Positions 43,522 to 53,843 of a DNA stretch of 64,000 nucleotides are shown here, piece by piece (the stretch's first letter is position 1; the number at the start of each line of letters is the position of its first letter). Both the position numbers and the translations under genes were made by a program. The notes below the pieces were generated by a model, which did not search any database, had not been told where the DNA came from, and was given only the letters and a program-made list of their open reading frames with translations. Source of the DNA: an uncultured Actinomycetota bacterium (GTDB taxonomy: Bacteria > Actinomycetota > Actinomycetes > JAHEKZ01); contig CAVSDB010000002.1 in assembly GCA_963726755.1 (NCBI GenBank), positions 154,889 to 218,888 of the forward strand, read 5' to 3'.

Positions 43522-44383
43522 CACCGTCGCGCGAACCTCCACTGTCGACCCCCAGCCAAGCGGTGAGAGCAGCCGTGGTGCCCGTGATGGATGGGCTATA
43601 GCCACCAAGGTCTGGCGCTCGACCTGGCCGAAGTTGCTGGCGCTAGCGATCGTCATTGGCATTTGGCAACTGATCTACCTGTCAGCCTGGAAGCCAGATT
43701 ATTTGCTGCCCTCTCCGAACCAAGTCGCTCACGAACTGTGGACGATGATGACTGACCCCGATCATCGGCTCTGGCATGGCATCGCAACGACCATGCGACG
43801 GGCCATCGTCGGCTATTTCATGGCGCTGTGCATCGGAACCGTCATCGGACTAGCGGTCGCTCGGGTCAACGTGCTCCGACGCGCGGTCGGCGCGATCATC
43901 ACCGGCCTGCAGACCATGCCGTCGATCGTGTGGTTCCCACTCGCCATCCTGATTTTCCACATCTCCGAGACAGCGATTCTGTTCGTGGTCGTGCTCGGTG
44001 CTGCTCCGAGCATCGCCAATGGCGTCATCGGGGGCATCGACCACGTCCCACCGGCGTACCTCAAACTCGGCAAAGTTCTGGGCGCCAAGGGTCCAAGTCT
44101 TTATCGGTACATCATCGGGCCAGCGGCCCTGCCGTCGTTCGTCTCTGGCCTTAGCCAGGGATGGTCGTTCGCCTGGCGCAGCTTGATGGCCGGTGAATTG
44201 CTGGTCCTCATCATGGGCAACGTTTCGCTCGGTAGCGACCTCGACTTCGCTCGCCAGTTGTCGCAAGCATCACGTCTGGTCGCCCTGATGTGGGTCATTT
44301 TGATCTTGGGAATGATCGTCGGCGCGATCTTCAACGCCATGTCTCGCAGCGTGCGGAGGCGTCGTGGACTCTCCGTCGACTGA
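43496..44383 (+). CDS. ABC transporter permease (SsuC/TauC-like)
   Basis: BPD-transport-type 6-TM permease with an EAA-like loop. Confidence 0.8.
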   Translation: MRWLPMSVDTVARTSTVDPQPSGESSRGARDGWAIATKVWRSTWPKLLALAIVIGIWQLIYLSAWKPDYLLPSPNQVAHELWTMMTDPDHRLWHGIATTMRRAIVGYFMALCIGTVIGLAVARVNVLRRAVGAIITGLQTMPSIVWFPLAILIFHISETAILFVVVLGAAPSIANGVIGGIDHVPPAYLKLGKVLGAKGPSLYRYIIGPAALPSFVSGLSQGWSFAWRSLMAGELLVLIMGNVSLGSDLDFARQLSQASRLVALMWVILILGMIVGAIFNAMSRSVRRRRGLSVD

Positions 44384-44483
44384 CGCCACGACCGCCTCTC
44401 CGGACGCGGTCGTGCCAGGGCCAGAACCTGCCAATGCGGGTGCCCGTGCACCGCGCCGTCGCACGACGCGGAAGAATGGCACC

Positions 44484-44951
44484 ATGCACGTCTCCGCCAA
44501 GGTCGATTACGCCATGCGCGCGCTTCTTGAGATCAGTCGCGCAACCGAAGGGGATCGCACCTTGCTCATTAAGGGCGACCAGCTGGCCTCGTCGCAACAG
44601 ATCCCCGCGAGGTTCCTCGAGGGGATCCTTCGTCAGTTGCGTCAGGCAGGCATCGTGGCTAGTCAACGCGGCGCTGACGGCGGCTACCGACTCGCTCGGC
44701 CAGCCGACGAGATCAGCGTGGCGGACGTCGTTCGCGCGCTAGACGGACCGCTCGCCGACGTCCGCGGTGATCGTCCGGAGAACGCGGAGTACAACGGCGC
44801 TGCTGAGCACCTCAAGGACGTTTGGGTAGCAACTCGCGCCGCGCTACGTGGAGTCCTCGATCACGTCACGTTGGCGGACATCGCGACGGGAAAGCTGCCC
44901 AGCGAAGTGACCGACCTGACGCACGACCCGGCAGCGTGGGGTCCTCGCTAG
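44484..44951 (+). CDS. Rrf2 family transcriptional regulator
   Basis: MHVSAKVDYAMRALLEI... winged-helix Rrf2 N-terminus. Start taken at 44484; the ORF opens at 44364. Confidence 0.75.
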   Translation: MHVSAKVDYAMRALLEISRATEGDRTLLIKGDQLASSQQIPARFLEGILRQLRQAGIVASQRGADGGYRLARPADEISVADVVRALDGPLADVRGDRPENAEYNGAAEHLKDVWVATRAALRGVLDHVTLADIATGKLPSEVTDLTHDPAAWGPR

Positions 44952-45904
44952 TCGACGAGCGCGTCTGCCGCTGCATAGGGGTCGAGTCGACCAGCTAGTA
45001 CTTCGTCAGCGAGATCGTCAATGCGCGTCCCACTCGATGGGTCCTTGACACGGCTGCGAAGTTTCGCCACGGCCAGCGCCTCGATCTCTGCGACAGCTCG
45101 GTGATGGCGTCGTGCGCGAATGCCATCTTTACCGAGTGCCTCGCTGTGCGCATCGATGGCCGTTCGAAGCTCGTCGATCCCTTCACCTCTGGATGCAACT
45201 GTTTTGACGATTGCTGGCGGTCGTTCAGGGACCTCGCCCTTGCGCACCTCACGCCCCAACGCCAACATCGCGCGAAGTTCGCGAGCGGTCACGTCAGCGC
45301 CGTCACGATCGGCTTTGTTGATGCAATAGACATCGCCGACTTCGAGAATGCCAGCCTTGGCGGCTTGGATCGCATCGCCCATCCCGGGCGCCAACAACAC
45401 CACCGTGGTGTCAGCCAGCCCGGCAACCTCGACTTCGGACTGGCCAACGCCGACGGTCTCGATCAGCACCACGGCGCACCCGGCCGCCTCGAGCACCCGC
45501 AACGCTTGCGGTGCCGCGGCCGCCAAACCGCCTAGATGCCCTCGCGTCGCCATAGACCGGATGAACACACCCGCGTCGGTGGCGTGGTCTTGCATGCGGA
45601 TTCGGTCGCCAAGTAGAGCGCCACCAGTGAATGGTGAAGACGGGTCGACGGCGAGCACTCCGACCTTGTGACCCAGGGCGCGATATGCCGTGACCAACGC
45701 GGCAGTTGTCGTGGACTTGCCTACACCCGGGGCACCGGTGAGTCCGATGAGGTGCGCCTTCCCGGACAACGGTGACAGCAGTGCCGAAACCTCAGGCAAA
45801 CTCGGAGAGCCGTCTTCGACCAGCGAGATCAGTCGAGCGACGGCGCGGGCTTCCCCTAAACGAGCCCGCGCGACAAGATCCTCGACGTCACCACCACGCG
45901 TCAC
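44948..45904 (-). CDS. meaB: Methylmalonyl-CoA mutase-associated GTPase (ArgK)
   Basis: G1 motif GAPGVGKST, metallochaperone switch regions and the C-terminal dimerisation helix; intact. Confidence 0.88.
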   Translation of the reverse strand: MTRGGDVEDLVARARLGEARAVARLISLVEDGSPSLPEVSALLSPLSGKAHLIGLTGAPGVGKSTTTAALVTAYRALGHKVGVLAVDPSSPFTGGALLGDRIRMQDHATDAGVFIRSMATRGHLGGLAAAAPQALRVLEAAGCAVVLIETVGVGQSEVEVAGLADTTVVLLAPGMGDAIQAAKAGILEVGDVYCINKADRDGADVTARELRAMLALGREVRKGEVPERPPAIVKTVASRGEGIDELRTAIDAHSEALGKDGIRARRHHRAVAEIEALAVAKLRSRVKDPSSGTRIDDLADEVLAGRLDPYAAADALVD

Positions 45905-45905
45905 G

Positions 45906-47091
45906 TCAGGAAGGTACTCGCAGAATCAACGCATCGCCTTGTCCGCCGCCCCCGCACAGCGCAGCAACTCCAACGCCGCCACCGCGTCGCTTGAGCTCAT
46001 AGGCCAGCGTCAATGCCAACCGCGCGCCGCTCATCCCGATCGGGTGGCCGAGCGCGATGGCCCCGCCGTTGGGGTTCACCTTCTCGTCGTCGAGGCCAAG
46101 TGCCTTGGCTGAGACGATCCCAACGGACGCGAACGCTTCGTTGATCTCGATGACGTCGAGGTCGCTAGCCGTCAGTCCTTCACGTTCCAGCGCCTTGTTG
46201 ATGGCGTTCGCTGGTTGCTCGTGCAGCGACGTGTCCGGTCCGGCGACAACCCCGTGCGCGCCGATCTCGGCGAGCCACGTCAGGCCCAGCTCTTCAGCCT
46301 TGGCCTTGCTCATCACGACAACAGCCGCGGCACCGTCAGAAATCTGCGACGCCGAACCCGGCCGTGATCGTGCCCTCCTTGGAGAACGCCGGACGCAGTC
46401 GACTGAGCGACTCAACGGTGGTGTCTGCGCGGATTCCCTCATCTTCGGAGAAGACGATCGGGTCGCCCTTACGCTGCGGAATCTCGACCGGAACGATCTC
46501 GTCGACGAACAGTCCATTCTTCTGTGCCGCTGCAGCTCGTTGGTGCGAACGAGCAGCAAACGCGTCCTGCTCCTCGCGCGTCAGGTCATAGCGGGCGTTG
46601 TAGCCCTCGGTGGACTCGCCCATGGGACGTCCGTCGAACGCATCGGTCAGACCGTCGAAAGCCATGGCGTCAACCAGGACGCCATCGCCGTACTTGATGC
46701 CCTCGCGTGATTTCGGCAGCAGGTGGGGAGCGTTGGTCATCGACTCCATGCCGCCGGCCACGATGATCTCGAACTCGCCAGCGCGAATGAGCTGGTCGGC
46801 CAGCGCGATCGCGTCGAGCCCGGACAGGCAAACCTTGTTGATGAGCAACGACGGAACCGTCATCGGGATGCCAGCCTGCGCACCAGCCTTGCGCACCGGG
46901 AGTTGCCCAGCGCCGGCCTGCAGCACCTGGCCCATGATGAGGTAGTCGACGTCGCCGCCGGAGATACCCGCGCGCTCAAGTGCGGCCTTGATAGCGAACC
47001 CACCGAGGTCCGCGGCCGTGAATCCCTTGAGCGAACCGAGCAGGCGTCCCATCGGGGTACGCGCGCCGGCGACGATGACAGACGAGGTCAT
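45906..47091 (-). CDS. Acetyl-CoA C-acetyltransferase (thiolase II), frameshift near 46340
   Basis: N-terminus with catalytic Cys ([10 protein letters not shown]) is in ORF 46336..47106. C-terminus with [10 protein letters not shown] and CGGGGQG is in ORF 45906..46559. Confidence 0.8.
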
Positions 47092-47140
47092 TGGTGACCC
47101 TCCCATCCGAGGTACAGGTGATCTGGGTTCTAGCGTAACG

Positions 47141-47180
47141 GGCAGCCCCCCTCATGTGACAGCGGGGAATGCGGGCTGCC
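47141..47180. promoter_or_regulatory. Inverted repeat GGCAGCCC-N24-GGGCTGCC in the thiolase/epimerase-ccr divergent promoter
   Basis: 8-bp perfect arms enclosing TCATGTGACAG. Confidence 0.3.
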
Positions 47181-47249
47181 ACGATGGATTCCTGGACCTG
47201 GACTCAATTAGGGACTCGCTAACGAGATGGGATCCGAGAGGGGATATCC

Positions 47250-47693
47250 GTGTCTGTACAGCCAGAGTTGGCCGACGATCCACTGTTCTTGGCCATCGAC
47301 CATGTCGGCGTCGCCGTTGCCGACCTCGACGAGGCGATCGCCTACTACGCGGCGACGTTCGGGATGTCCGTGGTCCACCAGGAGTTCAACGAGGAGCAGG
47401 GCGTTCGCGAGGCCATGCTCGGCGTCGGTGACTCGGGCTCGTACGTGCAATTACTGGCGCCGCTGAACGCCGAATCCCCCATCGGCAAGTTCCTCGACAA
47501 GTGGGGACCGGGGTTGCAGCAGGTGGCCTACCGCGTGGCCGACGTACGGCAGGCCGCCGATACGCTTCGGTCACGAGGGGTCGAATTGCTCTACGACGAG
47601 CCTTGCGCAGGCACCGCAGGGGCCCTCATCAACTTCATCCATCCCAAAGACGCCGGTGGAGTTCTGATCGAACTCGTCGAACCGGCCCGATAG
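47250..47693 (+). CDS. mce: Methylmalonyl-CoA epimerase (VOC/glyoxalase family)
   Basis: AIDHVGVAV... and HPKDAGGVLIELVE metal-binding blocks; 147 aa. Confidence 0.85.
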   Translation: MSVQPELADDPLFLAIDHVGVAVADLDEAIAYYAATFGMSVVHQEFNEEQGVREAMLGVGDSGSYVQLLAPLNAESPIGKFLDKWGPGLQQVAYRVADVRQAADTLRSRGVELLYDEPCAGTAGALINFIHPKDAGGVLIELVEPAR

Positions 47694-47703
47694 AGAGACC
47701 GAC

Positions 47704-49041
47704 GTGCAACAGATCCTCGACGCGATCCTCTCCCCCGACACCTCGTCAGAGGACTTCGCGAACCTGCCCGTCCCCGAGCACTACACCGGCGCGATCCTCC
47801 GGCAAGAGGACGAGACGATGTTCGAGGGCGTCATCACCAGGGACCGCGACCCTCGCAAGGCTCTGCGCATCGAGGACATCCCGACCCCAGAACTCGGTCC
47901 CGGCGAAGCGCTCATCGCCGTCATGGCGTCGTCCATCAACTACAACACCGTGTGGTCAAGCATCTTCGAACCGGTGTCGACGTTCTCGTTCCTGCGGCGG
48001 TACGGACGCACGTCCCCGCTCGCCAAGCGACACGACCTGCCGTACCACGTGCTGGGCTCGGATCTGTCCGGCGTCGTGTTGCGCACCGGTCCAGGCGTGC
48101 ATGCGTGGCAGCCCGGGCAAGAGGTCGTCGCCCACTGCGCGTCCGTCGAACTTGAGAGCCCACTCGGTCACAACGACACCATGCTCGACCCCGAACAGCG
48201 AATCTGGGGATTCGAGACCAACTTCGGCGGGCTTGCTCAGTTGGCGTTGGTCAAAGCCAACCAACTGCTCGACAAGCCGAAGCACCTGACGTGGGAAGAA
48301 GCCGCTTGCCCTGGGTTGGTCAATTCAACGGCGTACCGACAGTTGGTCAGCCGCAACGGTGCAGGCATGAAGCAAGGCGACATCGTGCTGATCTGGGGAG
48401 CCAGCGGCGGACTCGGTTCCTACGCAACGCAGATGGCGCTCAACGGCGGAGCGACGCCGGTCTGCGTGGTGTCGTCGCCTGAGAAGGCCGCCATTGTGCG
48501 CAGCATGGGCGCGGATCTGATCATCGATCGCAATGCAGAGGGCTTCAAGTTCTGGCAGGACGAGCACACCCAGGACCCCAAAGAATGGCAGCGCCTGGGC
48601 AAGGCGATTCGCGATCTCACTGGCGGCGACGACGTTGACATCGTCTTCGAACATCCGGGCCGTGAGACGTTCGGAGCCAGCGTGTACGTCGCGCGCAAGG
48701 GCGGCACGATCGTCACGTGCGCCTCGACGTCTGGCTTCATGCACGAGTACGACAACCGCTACCTCTGGATGAATCTCAAGCGCATCATCGGATCGCACTT
48801 CGCGAACTATCGCGAAGCGTGGGAGGCCAACCGCTTGATTCAACGCGGCAAAGTGCATCCGACGTTGTCGAAGGCATACCCGTTGGCCGACACCGGGCAG
48901 GCCGCGTACGAAGTGCATCGCAACATGCACCAAGGCAAGGTCGGCGTGCTGTGCCTGGCGCCAGAAGAAGGTCTCGGTGTCAGCAATCCTGAGTTGCGAG
49001 CCAAGCACCTCGACGAAATCAACCGCTTCCGCGACGTCTAG
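47704..49041 (+). CDS. ccr: Crotonyl-CoA carboxylase/reductase
   Basis: 445-aa MDR enzyme with the CCR-specific N-terminal extension and high full-length similarity to Streptomyces/Rhodobacter Ccr. Confidence 0.88.
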   Translation: MQQILDAILSPDTSSEDFANLPVPEHYTGAILRQEDETMFEGVITRDRDPRKALRIEDIPTPELGPGEALIAVMASSINYNTVWSSIFEPVSTFSFLRRYGRTSPLAKRHDLPYHVLGSDLSGVVLRTGPGVHAWQPGQEVVAHCASVELESPLGHNDTMLDPEQRIWGFETNFGGLAQLALVKANQLLDKPKHLTWEEAACPGLVNSTAYRQLVSRNGAGMKQGDIVLIWGASGGLGSYATQMALNGGATPVCVVSSPEKAAIVRSMGADLIIDRNAEGFKFWQDEHTQDPKEWQRLGKAIRDLTGGDDVDIVFEHPGRETFGASVYVARKGGTIVTCASTSGFMHEYDNRYLWMNLKRIIGSHFANYREAWEANRLIQRGKVHPTLSKAYPLADTGQAAYEVHRNMHQGKVGVLCLAPEEGLGVSNPELRAKHLDEINRFRDV

Positions 49042-49081
49042 CGCGAACTGTCGCTGAGCCGCCGACTTTCCCACTCCCGGC

Positions 49082-49133
49082 CAAGTTGCTAGGCGAAACG
49101 GGCGCTATAGCGCCCGTTTTGCCTAGCAACTTC
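49082..49133. terminator. Bidirectional intrinsic terminator (52-bp near-perfect hairpin) between convergent ccr and hydrolase genes
   Basis: CAAGTTGCTAGGCGAAACGGGCGC-TATA-GCGCCCGTTTTGCCTAGCAACTTC. GC-rich stem with a T-run on the plus side. Confidence 0.65.
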
Positions 49134-49191
49134 GCCGGAATGGTCGGTGGCTAGTCGGCGACGCGGGCGAGCAGGTCGCTGAGGGCGGTCG

Positions 49192-49892
49192 CTACCGCGT
49201 CGGGTGCCTCAAGCGGCGTGAGGTGTCCAGCACCTTCGATGACCGTGAGAGCGACATCGTTGCGCGAGCGACGACCATTGCCTCGGCTTCACTCGGCGGA
49301 GTCAGGACGTCCTCTTCGCCGACCACTACTGCGACGGGTACGTGCAGTCCCGCGAGCACGTCGAAGGTGTCGCCGCGTCCTGCCATTGCACGTTGCGCCC
49401 ACGCAGCAGCGGCCGGCTCAACCGCTTCGACTGTCGCACCGACCTCAGCGACGAGACCAGGGTGGGTTCGTTGCGTCGACTCACCGAGGAGTTTGGGCAG
49501 GACCGCCTCGAGGAGCACCGCAGCCGAACCCTCGGACTCCATCCGGTCCGCGAGCGCACGCCGTCCGGCCGCTGCTTCTGCGGAATCCGCCGAAGCTTTG
49601 GTGTCGATCAGGGCCAAGCCGCGGACCCGCTCCGGGTAACGCCGGGTCAGCGCTAGGGCGACGTAGCCGCCCATCGACGTTCCCCCGATCACGAACTCAC
49701 TGATCCCGTCGGCGTCCAACTGCGCGATCACCGAGTCGACGTAACTCTCAAGGCTGGGTTCGCCGACGACAGCGGCGCGTTTCCGAAGCCGGGTAGGTCC
49801 GGTGTCGCGACTGTGGCGTCGAGTCGATGAACGACCGCGTCGTACATCGACGACTCCATCGGGAACGCATGCAAGAGAACCAGTGGCGTCAT
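49192..49892 (-). CDS. Alpha/beta hydrolase, frameshift near 49730
   Basis: N-terminus is in ORF 49728..49928. The nucleophile elbow GGTSMGG and the remainder are in ORF 49192..49731. Confidence 0.55.
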
Positions 49893-50635
49893 GGCTTCAC
49901 ACTCGCGATCTCCATCGGGCCGTCCCACGTCGTCGGCAACGGCGATCTCTCCGGTTCAACAGCGGCAACGATCTCATCCAACACGCGACGAACGTATTTC
50001 TCACCTACCCACAGGTGTTTTGCGCCGTCGACTCCAATGACTTTGGCCTGCGGAACGCGAGCAAATCGCTCACGGGCAGCCTCAGGACGCAGGTAGTCGT
50101 CGAACTCGGGCACCAGCACCGTCATCGGCAGGCCGCTTGCGGCCCAACGGTCAAGGTCGGCATCGGTGGCGAATCGCAGTGCGGGTGACAGCAGTAGCGC
50201 ACCCTCGACGCCGGGCTGCAGGCCGTACTTCAGTACCAAGTCGGTGCCGAACGACCACCCGAGCAGCCAACGTCTTGGCAGTTGACGCTCCGCAGCGAAG
50301 TCCAGCGCAGCCGCGACGTCGTGCTGCTCGGACTTCGCTTCGTCGAACTCTCCCTCGCTGCGACCGCGTGGCGACGCCGTCCCCCGGGTGTTGAAACGCA
50401 GCACCGCCAGGTCGGCCAGTGCCGGTAGTCGCCAGGCGGCCTTGCGCAGGACGTGGGAATCCATGAACCCACCGGCGGTAGGCAGCGGATGCAGGGTCAG
50501 CAGTGAGGCAACCGGCGGGACGCTCTGCGGGAGCGCAAGTTCCCCAACCAGACAGCAGCCCGTCGCTGGTGAACAGCTCAATGTCCTCGCGCTGCGCCGG
50601 CAACACACTGTTAGACGACCGATCTCCGCAGTCAT
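49889..50635 (-). CDS. Alpha/beta hydrolase (dienelactone hydrolase/peptidase S15-like)
   Basis: GWSFG nucleophile elbow. The start is probably internal (MDSHVL at about 50467). Confidence 0.5.
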   Translation of the reverse strand: MTAEIGRLTVCCRRSARTLSCSPATGCCLVGELALPQSVPPVASLLTLHPLPTAGGFMDSHVLRKAAWRLPALADLAVLRFNTRGTASPRGRSEGEFDEAKSEQHDVAAALDFAAERQLPRRWLLGWSFGTDLVLKYGLQPGVEGALLLSPALRFATDADLDRWAASGLPMTVLVPEFDDYLRPEAARERFARVPQAKVIGVDGAKHLWVGEKYVRRVLDEIVAAVEPERSPLPTTWDGPMEIASVKP

Positions 50636-50798
50636 GCCACGAACCTACGACCCCCATTTCCGTAAGAACGACGCACTCTCCGCACTGGCGCAACAAATTC
50701 CGCATCCCGACTACGGCCACCCCGATCCACGTCGGCCTCAACGACGTCCTCGACGTTCTCTCGCGTTCCAGCACGGCGTGTGCCAGTGCCGTCGAGCG

Positions 50799-51092
50799 TC
50801 AATCGCACTCGCCCGCGATGGTCTCTTCAGGCCAGACGACGACGTGCGGCGTCGCCGGCGGGATCTCCTGGTCGCAGCCTGGGCAGCGATAGTCCTTGGT
50901 CGACGTCGACCCTCGGATCGGTGAGACGACCCAGACCTCGCCCTGCCACTCGACCGTCTGTTGGGTCTTGACCGGCGACGGAGGTCGTCCCTTGGGACGA
51001 CGTCGGCTCACGACCGTCCCGCAACTACGCGTAGACGCGGAAGCCGCGGCCGGACTTGCGACCGAGGTACCCGGCCGTGACCAGGTGCTCAA
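50799..51092 (-). CDS. Small hypothetical protein with CPGC motif
   Basis: ORF ...DYRCPGCDQEIPPATPHVVVWPEETIAGECD. Low confidence; the start is unclear. Confidence 0.2.
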   Translation of the reverse strand: MSTWSRPGTSVASPAAASASTRSCGTVVSRRRPKGRPPSPVKTQQTVEWQGEVWVVSPIRGSTSTKDYRCPGCDQEIPPATPHVVVWPEETIAGECD

Positions 51093-52801
51093 GCAGCGGA
51101 GCTGGCGCGAAGCCGGGCTCGCGGAACTCCAGGTAGAGCGTCCGCTGGATAGCTAGTGCCACGTCGAGCCCGACAACGTCGAGCAGTTCGAACGGACCCA
51201 TCGGGATATCCGCAGCCGACCTTCATCGCGTTGTCAATGTCGTCGGTGGTCGCGTAGTGAGCCTGCAACATGCGCACCGCGTCATTGAGGTACGGGAACA
51301 ACAGCGCGTTGACGATGAATCCAGCGCGGTCTCCGCACGTGACGGGATGCTTGTCCATCCGCTCGCATACTGCACGTACCGACGCGGCAACGCGCTCGCT
51401 GGTGTTGACCGTTTGCACGACCTCGACCAACTTCATGACTGGCGCGGGATTGAAGAAGTGCATCCCAACGACGTCAGGCATCCGGTTCGTCGCTGCGGCA
51501 ATCTCAACGACCGGCAGGCTGGACGTCGTTGTCGCAAGAATGGCGCTCGGCTTCGCAATCTCGTCGAGCGTGGCGAAGATCGCCTGCTTGACGGTGAGCT
51601 CCTCGACGGTTGCTTCGACGAACAAGTCGCAGTCCGCGAGATCGTCGAACGACGTGCTCCCCGCGATGCGCCCAATCGCAGCGTCGCGATCCTTCTCGTC
51701 CAATTTCCCGCGGACGACGGCCTTCTCAAGTGATCGAGCGATGGCGGCCTTGGCTTTCGCGATCTGCTCTTCGCCCCGCGCACGCAGCACAACGTCGAAG
51801 CCGGCCTTGGCGAAAACCTCTGCGATACCGACGGCCATCGTCCCCGAACCGATGACGCCCACCCGCTGGATGGGGATCAGGTCCTGTTCGGCCGCGTCGA
51901 CCGAAGGAGTTCCCGCGTCGGGCACAACGGCCGGTGAGTCAGGGGTCTCGTAGGTGTAGAAACCACGTCCGGTCTTGCGACCATTCATTCCGGCGGTGAC
52001 CATCTGCTTGATGATCGGCGTCGGCGCGTGCAACCGGTCGCGGGTTTGCTTGTACATCGTGTCGAGAATCTCGTACGCAGTGTCGAGCCCGATCAGATCG
52101 AGCAACGCCAGCGGACCCATGGGCAATCCGCAGCCGAGTTTCATCGCCGCGTCGATGTCTTCGCGTGTCGCGTAGCGCTGCTCGTACATCGATGCAGCGT
52201 GATTGAGGTAGCCAAAGAGCAGTGCGTTAGCAATGAACCCTGCCTTGTCACCGACCACGACCGGCACTTTGCCAAGACGTTCGACAAGCGCTTTGGTGTC
52301 GTCGATGACCGAGACATCGGTGACCACCGTGCGAATGACCTCGACGAGTTTGAGCACCGGGGCGGGGTTGAAGAAGTGAAGTCCGATGACCTGTGCTGGT
52401 CGGTGAGTCGATACCGAGATCTCGGTCACCGAAAGGGACGACGTATTCGTGGCCAGGATCTGCGTCGGGACCAGTGATGGCATCCAGCTGAGCAAAGATC
52501 TGCTGCTTCAACTCGAGCTTCTCAGGGACAGCTTCGACGACCAGACTGCAGTCCGCCAGGTCGTTCATCGACGTGCTGAATGTAATGCGATCGAAGATTC
52601 CCTGCTTTTCGTCGTCCGACATCTTCCCGCGCTTCACCGCACGCGAAGTGGACGATTCGACGTGCCCCACACCGCGCTGAAGCGAGTCATCGCCGGTCTC
52701 AACGGCCACTACCTCAAGGCCTGCCGAGCGAAGACTTCGACTATCCCGGCACCCATCGTGCCGAGGCCGACGACGCCAACTTTGGTGAACTCGCGAGTCA
52801 T
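51089..52801 (-). CDS. Tandem (duplicated) 3-hydroxyacyl-CoA dehydrogenase, at least 3 frameshifts
   Basis: Unit 1: MTREFTKVGVVGLGTMGAGI... at 52801, with its C-terminal domain in the 51089..52495 frame. Unit 2 (VGVIGSGTMAVGIAEV...NPAPVMKLVEV...) follows in the same ORF after a linker. Confidence 0.7.
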
Positions 52802-52906
52802 GAACGATCTCCCTGCGACCTGCTGCCCCGGCTCCCGAGGCAGGAATGATCCTCGCATCCGCAGCCCCGCAGGACTCGACCGGGGCGGCGTCTCCCTCGG
52901 GCTCCA

Positions 52907-53020
52907 GCCTGTGGATCCCGCGGGATCCACAGGTGACAAATCGCCCACAGTCCGTCGGTTGATCCACAGCCTGTGGAGGCCGCGGCCTCCACAGGCACGC
53001 AATCCAACAATGCATCCACA
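52907..53020. repeat. Second cluster of CCTGTGGA-N10-TCCACAGG palindromes plus extra TCCACAG half-sites
   Basis: Perfect 26-mers at 52907..52932 and 52969..52994, identical to those at 21643 and 21608. Additional half-sites GATCCACAG (52960), CCCACAG (52944) and GCATCCACAA (53011). Confidence 0.85.
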
Positions 53021-53096
53021 AGAATGCGTCAGCAGCCGCCAAGTGTCAGCCGCCTCACGATTGGTCGCCGCCGCTGGCCGGACATACTGATGCCCT

Positions 53097-53774
53097 ATGC
53101 GCCTGGTCATTGCCCGCTGCAGCGTCGACTACACGGGTCGGCTGACCGCTCATCTCCCCCTCGCAACCCGGCTCATCCTCGTGAAGGCGGACGGCTCGGT
53201 ATCGATTCACGCGGACGACCGCGCGTACAAACCATTGAACTGGATGAGCCCGCCCTGTCGAACGACCGAGGACACCGACGACGCCGGGATCGGAACTTGG
53301 ACCGTGATTCATCAAAAGACCGGCGATCAACTGGTCATCACCCTCGAGGAAGTGTTGAGCGATGACTCCCACGAACTCGGAGTCGATCCCGGGCTGCAGA
53401 AGGACGGCGTCGAAGCGCACTTGCAAGCGCTCCTCGCCACGCACATCCAGACACTGGGAGACGGTTGGACGTTGGTGCGCCGCGAGTACGGCACCGCGAT
53501 CGGTCCAGTGGACATCCTGGCCAAGGACGGGTCCGGGAAGAGCGTCGCCATCGAAATCAAGCGCCGGGGAGATATCGACGGGGTTGAGCAGTTGACGCGA
53601 TACCTCGAATTGCTCAACCGCGACCCACTGCTGAGTCCGGTCAGCGGAATCTTCGCCGCTCAGGAGATCAAGCCGCAGGCTCGCGTTCTGGCCGAGGACC
53701 GGGGGATCCGCTGCGTCACGCTCGACTACGACGCCCTGCGCGGACGCATTGATCCCAGCCTGCGGCTGTTCTAG
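53097..53774 (+). CDS. nucS: Endonuclease NucS (EndoMS, mismatch-specific)
   Basis: [16 protein letters not shown]... N-terminal dimerisation domain and C-terminal RecB-like nuclease (GPVDILAKD...AIEIK); intact 225 aa. Confidence 0.88.
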   Translation: MRLVIARCSVDYTGRLTAHLPLATRLILVKADGSVSIHADDRAYKPLNWMSPPCRTTEDTDDAGIGTWTVIHQKTGDQLVITLEEVLSDDSHELGVDPGLQKDGVEAHLQALLATHIQTLGDGWTLVRREYGTAIGPVDILAKDGSGKSVAIEIKRRGDIDGVEQLTRYLELLNRDPLLSPVSGIFAAQEIKPQARVLAEDRGIRCVTLDYDALRGRIDPSLRLF

Positions 53775-53843
53775 TGAGCACGCCAGAGGACTGACCAGGC
53801 CAAACCACTGTCCAGATCGGGACGAACCAGGCACCATCGAGAG

